A stretch of 64,000 nt of DNA from Marsupella aquatica (taxonomy: Eukaryota > Plantae > Marchantiophyta), in the NCBI GenBank assembly GCA_973895155.1, contig OZ316891.1, positions 22,835,884 through 22,899,883 on the forward strand, in the 5' to 3' direction. Both the position numbers and the translations under genes were made by a program. Below the pieces are notes generated by a model. It was given only the letters and a program-made list of their open reading frames with translations. It was not told the origin of the DNA and made no database searches. Of the stretch, positions 50,834 through 60,240 are shown piece after piece (position 1 is the stretch's first letter; each line of letters opens with the position of its first letter).

Positions 50834-52576
50834 ATGGTGAAGGAGAAGACGATCGTGATGCCTCCTGAATCTGAGATGTCCAGCAACCAAGAGAATTACA
50901 AGAAGGTGGGCATTGATTCGTTAGTTGACTTTCTCTGGGTGATCAATAATGTCAAGATGGTGGACAAGATACGCCTGCGGAATAAACGTGGGAAGAATGT
51001 GACTGCCCGATCGGATTATACAGCGATTACTGAGCAGACGATGGCGGATTGCTATGGCGTTTCTTTGGTAGGTCTGATTGCAGAAGATTTCACCTCCTCC
51101 CGACTGTTCCATGACATTTGCGAGGACCAATTCTCTGTTGAGTTTGCAAAGGAAGGCTATACACCAAACTCAGCAAAGGATCCAGCACTTTGAGCAATCC
51201 TCCGCTTCATTGTACCGATCTTGACACCCGATAAGCCCAAACGTATTGCAGGCAAGTTAGCTGCCATGATTGTCACCGCCTACGTTAAAGGTAAACCAAT
51301 CAATTGGGCTTGCGTGCTTTTAGATTTGTTTCAGCTGAGGTGCAAGAAAGTGAAGGACGGAATCAATTTGTTTGTGGCGCCCATGTTGTTTCATTTGTAC
51401 AAGTTCGAGAAGAAGCTTTCGATAGTAGAGTTACAGTTTTATGAAGAAGCAGAGGCAAACAGAGCCCTTATTGAAGACCCATCCTCCAAAGATGAAGACA
51501 GTGAGACAGACGAGGATGACGTTGTCAAGATGCCTGTCAAAACTGAGGTTCAGGCATCCCCTATGCGAGTGTTGAGGGGTCGACCACGAGGTTCAACATC
51601 GACCAAGAAACCTCAAGAAGTTTCTGTGATTCAGATAAATTTGGATGATCCTTTGTGTCCCTTGGAAAAACGACTGCGCAGCACTGTGGATGATTTCTGC
51701 CGAGTTAATTCTGTCAATGCTAGTCTGATTAATCAACTACACGCCAAGTTTTCTTGTTCAGGAGATGCTTTATTTGCTAAGATCGAAGACTTACACTCCT
51801 CTTCTACACGAATCGATCAAGAAAGGAAACAGTGGAGAGTGGAGAAACGTGAGCTTGAGAAACGATTGAAGGAGTCGCTCCATGGCTCAGTTTTACCAGC
51901 AATTCAGCAATCGGTTCAGACCCTCTCCACTGCCGCGACTGGAATGGCCCTCTCTGTTACTGAGACTCTTCAGCTTGCTGCACTAACGTCTGAAGGATGG
52001 AAAAACGACAGCAAGAATTTGACAAAAATTGCCTCGGCAATTACCAACCAGAAGAATTTGTTGGACAAGAAGTATGAATCAATTCTGAAATTGATTGGAG
52101 ATTTGCAAAAGTATACTAAAAATCATTTGGAATCCTGTCCAGCCCTTACACCTGACCAGGGAACTTCAGCCGACCTACCAGAAGGAGTAACTCATGGCTC
52201 GAAGGAGGACAAATCAACTGCCATTGCTTCTGGTGAGAAGGATGCTGATCAAAAATTGAGTGTGGGTCCAACCCTAATCACAACAACAGAGGATCTTGCT
52301 TCCCACGCAGTTTCTACCGATCAACGCCAGGCAATTTCTGCAATTGAGGCCACTTGTCTTCTAGTTCCTACCCCTAAACAGCAGTCACCAGTTTCTAATG
52401 TTTATGACAATTTTTCCAACACTGCCCTATTACAATCCATGATTGCTCCCACCACAGATTTAGCAGCACAGACTGATTTACAGGTGGAAGTTGAAGTAGT
52501 TGAATCAGACACTGAGTCTGAAGCAGTGACTCAGACTCGACTTCCAAAGAAGAAGAAATTGAAGCGAAAATACTAG
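50834..52576 (+). pseudogene. Athila-type ORF3 (extra/env-like ORF, coiled coil), in-frame TGA at 51191-51193
   Basis: ORFs 50834-51193 and 51221-52576 are in one frame; KPINWACVLLD...APMLFHLY motif, acidic linker and coiled coil; located between pol and the 3' LTR. Confidence 0.8.
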
Positions 52577-53051
52577 GAGACAGCTTTCAAGTTTTCAGTG
52601 CAGTTAGTGGAAGTATGAGCATTTTCCTTGGATGTATTGCTCTTCTAGTACAGTGATGAAGCGATCTCATTTTGATATTGAAGTATTTTGATGGAGACTT
52701 TCTTCCAGTTTATCACTTCTCTGTACACTGTTGGAGATTTCTTTGATACAGATTTTACCTTTCTTCAATGTCAATTTTATTCCATGTGTTTCTTTCCATT
52801 ACATTTTTCACCCTGAGTTTATTCAAACCTGAAAAGACTCATTGAATCACATCCAAGTTAACTTTTTCTTCACAAGTCAAACCAAGCTCAAGTTCAGACC
52901 TGAAGTCCTCACGTTCAATCTGTTTACTATTTATTTCTTTGAGTAAGAAATGTTATTATGTTTAGCAAGTTTCACCTGAAGCATTTTTTCTGAGAAGAAT
53001 GTTTGAAGACTTACTGTTCGCGGGGTCGCTTCACATTTAAGGAGGGGATTA

Positions 53052-54021
53052 TGTGGAAAGCCTTTTCTGAGGAAGTGTTCTAAAGGAGTATTCAATCTAC
53101 ATTTTTCAAAACTTTTGAAACCTTTTAAGCGACAAATGAAGTTATTTAAAGAAGATGAAGGAGTTAAAGCTCTAAACCTCTTTCACATTGAAAGATCCTT
53201 TTTAATCGACAAATCATTTTCATCTGAAGAATCGTTCAGGCGTTTTAAGTGGGATTTTGATTCAACTTCTCTTAAACCGTTTTTCCTCTCCCTTTTTCCA
53301 CCCGAGCTCATTAGATAGAATTTAGCTTAGCTAAACTAGTTTAGTCATCATTAAGAGTCTTAACTTAGGAAAGTAGTTGAGACTACTCACCTCTTCAAAT
53401 CTTAAATTGATAGTTAGTTAAGAAGTAGTTTACACACCTTTTCAGATCCCTTTGATCTGTGAGGGAGTATTACAATTGAACTCCCAGGCAAAATTGCCTA
53501 AACATTTTCTTTGGAAATGATTTGTGACCAATACAGGTCTTTTCCTCATGCCAGGTTGGGCTTAGGAGGAAGAATCGCAGAAATGAGAAAATGCACCACC
53601 AAAATTTCATCGTTATTCATGATTTCCTCGTGTCTTTCTTGCAAATCTTGGAATGAATGAATACATTTTAAGAAAACATTTCTTTGGTTTTGTATGGAAG
53701 AATATGAACAAAAATCTAGAGTTTAGAGAATTGTAGTGAAATCCCTAATGTAAAACCGATCTCTGTTGAGTATAAGGAATTTAGGAATGGAACGAAAATC
53801 AAACTTCTATTGAGAAAGAGCAATCATCTCAGAATTTCCATATTAGAACGATTGAGCATAAATATTTTGAGTGTTTATATAGTAGTTGTGTCAAGAAAGA
53901 GATTATTAAGATCTCAAAAACCTCAACACCATCATAAATTGATTTCCTTTATTCCCTATGGGAACGAATTCGAGTTTCTAAGACAAGTTTTATACAAGTT
54001 TCATCTAAAACACTTACCACA
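53052..54021 (+). repeat. 3' LTR (970 bp), preceded by PPT AAGGAGGGGA (53039-53048)
   Basis: Direct repeat of 42754-43730. Confidence 0.96.
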
Positions 54022-54029
54022 ACATGCAG

Positions 54030-54414
54030 CAATATGGACCACAAGCGAGGTGTCCATGTGAGCATGACTGACCTCAATGATGGGACATACAAACTGAGCT
54101 GGAGGGAGCTCAATGCTCCTTCCCATGCCCCTCTCATCCAACGCACCACTACAATAGCAGAGATTCAGTCTGACTTCCCTGAGTGGTGCAATGTTATCAA
54201 ATTCTATCGTATTGCACTAAACTCTACTGCTCCCTTGGAGGACCTTTGGATTTGTGCCGCATACAATTATTGTGAGACATTGATGTGTCGGAAGAGGTTC
54301 CAAGTATCTATTCACTTGGCTTTCATTTGTGGATCAACTAGTAGACATATGCTACCCCGCCCCGTGAAAGATGTCATACTTGCTACTTGGCCCAATGAGG
54401 AAGAAGAGGAATGA
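54030..54414 (+). CDS. KolX/P2X7-C-terminal-like ORF, unit 1 (possible first exon at 42686-42705, separated by the Athila insertion)
   Basis: ...CAAYNYC...RKRFQVSIHLAFICGSTSRHMLPRPVKDVILATWP; similar to units 2 and 3. Confidence 0.6.
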
Positions 54415-54655
54415 TAGGATAGGAACCATAATCCTTCCAGATATTTTGTTACTCAAAGTTCTATTTTACGAGTATGATATTGGTTTTTTCATTCCTATGT
54501 TCCAGATTTCATGGCTAAATCATCAATGAGTATTGCAGAATGATGGAGCATGTAAGTCATGCCTTTTGTATTTGACTATATAGAGACAAGTCCACATGAA
54601 AATTTGGCTTTATGCCTATTGCCTAATATGCATGACTCTAGTTTTCTTTGCATAT

Positions 54656-55040
54656 ATGGAAGGTAGACATAGCCAAGTCATCACTCTAGAGTCCCTTCAT
54701 GGTGACACATATGTTGTGTCTTGGCTCAAACATCCAATGGACACTATTGGACAACGTCAATTTTCCATGGGTGAAATTGAAACATACTTTCCTGAATTTT
54801 GCACTGTTGTGCAAGACTGCCTTCACCTCCTCAACCCCGTTATATCTGTTGAGGAGTACTTACGCATGGCCGCTTATAGTTGGTGTGCAACCAAACCACA
54901 CCAGAAAAGATCATTAGTACACAGTTATGTGGCTCGAGCTTGTCATTTGGATGCAAGAGGAAGGCTCCTAGATATGTTGGAAGAGGCTATATGGAACACT
55001 TGGCAGTCGAGGAAGAAGCTTTGTTTGGTTTCACTCCTAG
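54656..55040 (+). pseudogene. KolX-like unit 2, frameshifted near its C-terminus
   Basis: ...FPEFC...LNP...MAAYSWC...KRSLVHSYVARACHLDARGRLLDMLEEAIWNTW, then EEEALFGF in a shifted frame. Confidence 0.55.
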
Positions 55041-55165
55041 ACCCTTATAGGTCCATCATTGCACAAATAATATTCCTAGCTCTTCTCAATGTAACCTCAA
55101 TTGACATACATCTAAATTGTTGTGCACTTGTATAAATGGCATTTTTTTGTCTTATGTTTTGTAGA

Positions 55166-55558
55166 ATCGCCAATAAGACGCCAAGGAGCACTGCCACATT
55201 GACGGTGATGGATCCTGACCTTGAGACAAATCGGTTGAGGTGGATGGATGGGTCTACTCAATGTGAGGAGGTTGTGAGCTTGCTAGAGGTTGAGTGGGAT
55301 CAGCCATTATTGTTCAAAGCAATCGCTGAATGTCACCAGTTGTTGAACCCTGCTATGCCACTCCAAGACCTGCAAATGTGTGCTGCTTATAGCTTCACCA
55401 AAACTGTCAACAAGAAAAAATGGTTTCAAGTGTACACCCATTTGGCTTGGGTGTGTGGGTTTGCAGAGAGAACACGATTACCTCCAACTGTGGAGGAAGC
55501 CATCAAGGAGGCTTGGCATGATGAGGATGAAGTGTTTGTGGGCTTCAGTGAAAACTAA
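55166..55558 (+). CDS. KolX-like unit 3
   Basis: ...LLNPAMPLQDLQMCAAYSF...KKWFQVYTHLAWVCGFAERTRLPPTVEEAIKEAWHDEDEVFVGF*, preceded by a TTTGTAG acceptor. Confidence 0.6.
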   Translation: MANKTPRSTATLTVMDPDLETNRLRWMDGSTQCEEVVSLLEVEWDQPLLFKAIAECHQLLNPAMPLQDLQMCAAYSFTKTVNKKKWFQVYTHLAWVCGFAERTRLPPTVEEAIKEAWHDEDEVFVGFSEN

Positions 55559-56532
55559 ATGTGGCTACACATCCCCCATGGATCCCTAAGGCTGTTGATT
55601 TTATATTGTGGGAATAATAAATAGCATGACCAAAGTATAGAACCAAGAAGGCAAGCCTTTACCAATATTTTGCATACACTCATATAAACATATAAATAAA
55701 TAAATAAATTCTCCTGTTGGAGAAGAACTCTTGCTGGCCGGCAGCAGAAGGGGTTCAAGTCCCCTTGAGAGTGGATACAAAGGTTAAAACTAGTGGGTTA
55801 AAATCATCCCCTAAGGTAAAAACATTATCAAGTAAAAACATTATTAGCCCAATGAAAATGTTCTTCCCCCAATGAAAATGGTACACCATAATCCTAGACA
55901 CAATACACTGATCATATATACAGAGACAACTTTCAAGTCTAAAATACCAAAAGAAAACCATAGAAAGAGACCAAATGAGTATTGCACATAGAGTACGTCA
56001 ATAGAGTAAAAGTTTCAACAATTGACCAAACACTTGGGTGTGACTACCTTTCCTATACCACCAAATGAAAATAAATCCCTGCAACAAAATGGCCATATGC
56101 CCTAGATAAGACAAAATATTCTCCAAATACTTTAGCAAATGAATGGACATATTAAAATGCAATGAAAGTGTAAGTGTGACGCCGCCGGTACGGCGGTTAA
56201 TGAGTGATTCAGTCTAACTGCGCTCGGCACGCGCGTTAGGTGGGTCTTAGGCCGCTATTATTAGCATAACGACAGTATTTAGGTAATCATTAGGGGTAGG
56301 ACATCATTAGGCAATAAGGGGGACTTCAGGTTCGGGCTGGCAGCGGGTCGCTATTCGCACACCCGGGTTACGAGCATGGAGGGGCCCCTCCCTCGGGTCC
56401 GTATAACGAACTTAAGGAAGCGGCCACTGACGCACGCTGACTCAGACCGGCGGAGTGGCCGGTACACCACAAGCGTGAGCGGTTCAACCTATGGGCGTCG
56501 AGGAGACGTCGGGGATCGACAAGCCCTCAAAG

Positions 56533-56539
56533 TATAAAA
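56533..56539 (+). promoter_or_regulatory. TATA box ~100 bp upstream of the LTR-borne ORF
   Basis: TATAAAAGGGG followed by a CT-rich leader, as in LTR promoters. Confidence 0.65.
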
Positions 56540-56640
56540 GGGGAGCCAACCCTTTGTAGTGCACCAGTCCATCAGTCCGCGCGCCAGCTTCGACCCCAGC
56601 TCTCTCGTTCTCTCTAGGTCGCCACTACTATCTCCTCTGA

Positions 56641-59283
56641 ATGTCGCACACGATCCTCTCCAGCTCGGCCATTCGATTCTAGACGCAGTTCCTATCTACC
56701 GGAAGGCACTTGGCCGATTCATTGAAACACGCCAACCCGCGCCGATACGAGATCGAACGCGAATACGAGAGAGCCATCCGCCTAGCAGGACGACACCACT
56801 ACGTCCTTAACTTTGACTACCCGTCTCAGAGCGAGCTTTACCGACCAGCTGAGGTATCTGGGTACTTCTTTGACGGAGACAAATATATCGGGTTCTGGGA
56901 AGCATTGCTTTGGCTTCCGGACGAGGTCTTCAATATCCCGGGTACAATCGACCTGCAGCGACATCACTTCGACCACATCCCTGCCCAGGTTCGGGCAGTC
57001 ATTAACGGCGAGTCCAGTACCAACTGTTCGACAAGGGCGTCCGCACTCACTTCGGAGAACTTCTACCAGCACCTACAGAGCTTCATGGGAACTCGGCCAT
57101 CAACCAACATGACCAACTCAGCCGGACCCGTACCCGTACCCGTACCCGTGCCCATGCAACCTCAGCTTCAGCTTCAGCCTCAGCCGCAGCCTAGCCAAAC
57201 CCCACCACCTATCACCCAGCCAGCACAGGTACGCTCCGTCATCAACGCTGTGGATCTTAGCGATGACGACGAGGCTACCCCACCCTTGACCAGGCGGCCC
57301 AGAGGAACAAGCGCTCGGGGGGCCGACACTATATCGTCCCCACCCCTTGCTCTGACCCCAGGAGCGGCCCCAGCAGACAACATGGTGACCGTGGCCGCCC
57401 CGGGCCTGTTACCAACCGCAGTGGCACTCCCCAGGCCCGATCGGGAGGATGGGGAAGTATCACCTTCCCCGAGTCAGTCACGGGGAAAGAAGAGGAAGGA
57501 ATCCGCCAGTGCATCCGGGTTACCGTTGGCCACGGTAGCCGTAGCCAAGGTAACGATGCATCGCATGGGGGAAAACGTTCACAGCAACATCCTCCATCCC
57601 AAGCATGCGGTGTACCTGAAGACTCAGGGATTTGAGCACCTCGCCTCTCTCCCCTGGAACACTTGCAGGTACTACGGGGAGGACATGACAGAATTCGTCA
57701 AGAATTATGATGACGTACGTCAACAGACTCGGCTGCGGGGAAGGAATATGTCCCTCACAGAAGAACGGCTCAAGATGATCTTCGGGTTACCCGAAGGTGA
57801 CCATCAAGTCGAATCACGGGCTCCCGGGGGCAAGGGGGCCAAGTACCAATCTTCAAGTTTTCCCTCAGAGGGATCAGTAGACAACGGGTTCGTGATGAGG
57901 ACCTGCCTCATGCCCGAGATAGCTGAGCGGCTGGAGTTCCAGAGGTACGCTCTCCACATGATGGAACCCCGGGGGGAGATCTCCGCCGCCCAGGTCATCC
58001 AGGTCGAGAACTATCGACCTAGGAAATGGGCGTCGTACTTCGCTAAGAAATTCCATGAAGAGATGGAGCGGCGAAGGAAGACGCTATACATTGGCGGGAA
58101 GGCGTATTTCGCTAGCCATATCGAAATCATTCTTGAGTGGTACGCCCGGTTTGATCGACGAACCCTTCCTCGCATCAACGTTACAAAGCTGGTCCCAGCT
58201 AGGTGGGTTTTTCCGGCATTGGAGAGACGGCCCCAACTCGAGGCCCGAAGTCCAGTGGACACGCCAGCTTCACCCACCCCACCTCCACAAATAGCTGTAA
58301 TCGTAACCGAGGAGGCGCCGGAGGGGTCGGTCGTCGCAACCGTTGATGCGACCCAACTAGCCGGGCTAAGTACAGAAGTTGGTACGGCAGAGGTCTTACC
58401 CGAACCCGGGTCTCCCAAGGACCCGCCGGTGGCAATTCCGGAGAACCGGACATCGCTGCAGGAGGATACTCCAGCCCCTTCCAACGTTATGTCCCCAGGG
58501 CTGGACGTCACTGCCCCGGCCCCTGCGCGTGTTGATGTCTGCCCGTGCCCAAATCCGGACAGGCACAACTTGGACCACCCGGAACTCTTCGTACAGGGTA
58601 CGTTTCTGAACGGGCTTCTGGGAGATTTCTCTCATCAAATTGCCCGGGATACCGGGGAGTTCATGGCCCGGAAGGTAGCCTGTTTCTTCAATCAGGAGTT
58701 GGTTGCCGCCGTAAAGGCAGGGCGGGCCCAGTCGGAGGCCCTTCAGAGGATAGAGCGGTACCGGGTGGAGTCCGTGTACCTAAAGAACGAAGTGGAGGCT
58801 CAAGAGGCTGAGCTTCTGCAACTACGACCCAAGGTTGCAGCCGCCGATGAGTTGTTAGCAAAGGCGTACGCTCTTACCGCCCTAGCCGAACAGGCCAAAG
58901 CTGGGAACGAGGCCGAGATTACACGACTCCGGAACCAGATTGACAGTTTGAAGAAACAAGCTGTCACCTGGCAGAAAGACCTGGAGGAGGCCAAGGAGCG
59001 AGCCCAGCGGGACGCGACGGAGATAGCCACGCTGCAGGCCGAGATGGCGCGGCTCCAAACCGAGGCCGAGAAGCAGGACCAGCTGGCGAGTAAACTGGCG
59101 AGCGACGCCCAGCAGCTGGAGGAGGCATGTCAGGAGGCAGCAGAGGAGACGGACGCGGCGAGGCGAGAGAACGAATCTCTGCTGGACCAGGTCCAGCTCC
59201 TCAAAGCGGACAATGACAGGCTTCGAAGGCAGCGGGATGGCCGTTCCCATTCGGGCGGCTCTGGCAAGCGTGCCAGGCATTAG
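56641..59283 (+). CDS. ~880-aa protein of unknown function: N-terminal domain, P/Q-rich linker, putative plant-transposon-protein-like core, C-terminal coiled coil; one premature TAG at codon 14 (56680-56682)
   Basis: ATG 56641 gives MSHTILSSSAIRF*TQFL, where copy A has MSNTILSSSALRFWMQFL (TGG>TAG). The frame is then open to 59283. Core: EFVKNY...RLRGRNMSLTEERLKMIFGLP...KWASYF. Confidence 0.85.
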
Positions 59284-60240
59284 CGGCGGAGTAGGAATAG
59301 ATTAGGATTAGGATTGGCTTAGTCAGGCTCTTGGGACAGGCACCTGCCTTAGGTACGGCAGCGCTGCCCTGCTGTCCAGCCTGCGTAGATTAGGATCTTC
59401 TAATAAGACACAGCCGTTTTCCGGCCTGACTGTCAGCTTAGTTAGGACCTTGGTCAGCGAATCTTCGGCGGGAGGACACCCCGTTCCTCGGCTCTTAGTA
59501 TTTAGTGCACCCCTCGATAGAGGGGGGGGGTTTTAGTTTCAGAGTCGGACATCCGTGGGACATGCGGGGAGTCCCGACCTCTGGGAATGACAGAGTACCA
59601 AGGGGAGGGGGTAGGACTAAGCTTGCCGGGCGAGTGCGGAGCCGGGCTCCGTTGTAGTGTGCACCCTTGGCCTTGAACCTGTGCATTCCAGGGCTGTCGT
59701 GTCAACTAAGTGTACGCATATGTTCCCTTTGTAGTAAAATCCTTTCCCATCATTTTTCCTTCGTGTAAATCGAGATTGTATGCATGTGTGCGCATATGTG
59801 TGTGGGTTTCTCGTATATGGGTGGCAGCGCCAGGCCGAACGCACTACCCGAGACGTGCACAGGGTGTAGCCTGCGGGTAAGTGGTTGCGAGCACGGGTTG
59901 AGGACCTGTATCATCGAATCCGGATCGAAGGCGGACAGCACGAAGGCTTAGAAGCCCTTAAGCCGGGGTTGATCCTGCTATCGACTAAGGTACGTTTCGG
60001 CGGCGGAACACAAACCATACCTAGGAGGTGTCCGTATTTAGCAGTATGCGCACTTAGCGCTAGTTTACGAGAATAAGGTGCATTACGTGCTTCCCTTCCT
60101 GCCCGAACCCTCAGATTTACGAGGGATGTGCCCGTCTAAGCTGAAGTCTGAGTTAAGGCCGAAGCCTACGACGTGACAGTAAGTAATACCATAATTCAAC
60201 TATCAGATACACACCTGACTGAACATCCCTGGATCATAGT

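Larger units (their letters stand above)
42754..54021 (+). mobile_element. Full-length Ty3/gypsy LTR retrotransposon, Athila-like, 11.27 kb, with an extra ORF3
   Basis: TG...CA LTRs; perfect 5-bp TSD ACATG (42749-42753, 54022-54026); PBS; gag, PR-RT-RH-INT, ORF3 and PPT in order. Confidence 0.96.
56175..60178 (+). mobile_element. 4004-bp solo-LTR-like element (copy B) containing one long gene
   Basis: TGTGACG...CGTGACA termini; perfect 5-bp TSD GTAAG (56170-56174, 60179-60183); sharp rise in GC content; no internal direct repeats, PBS, PPT, gag or pol seen. Confidence 0.88.

Noticed and set aside
56782-59280. Antisense and alternate-frame ORFs over the LTR-borne gene (and over 36265-38452)
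   Set aside because: Expected shadows of a GC-rich coding sequence; conservation between the two copies follows the main frame.
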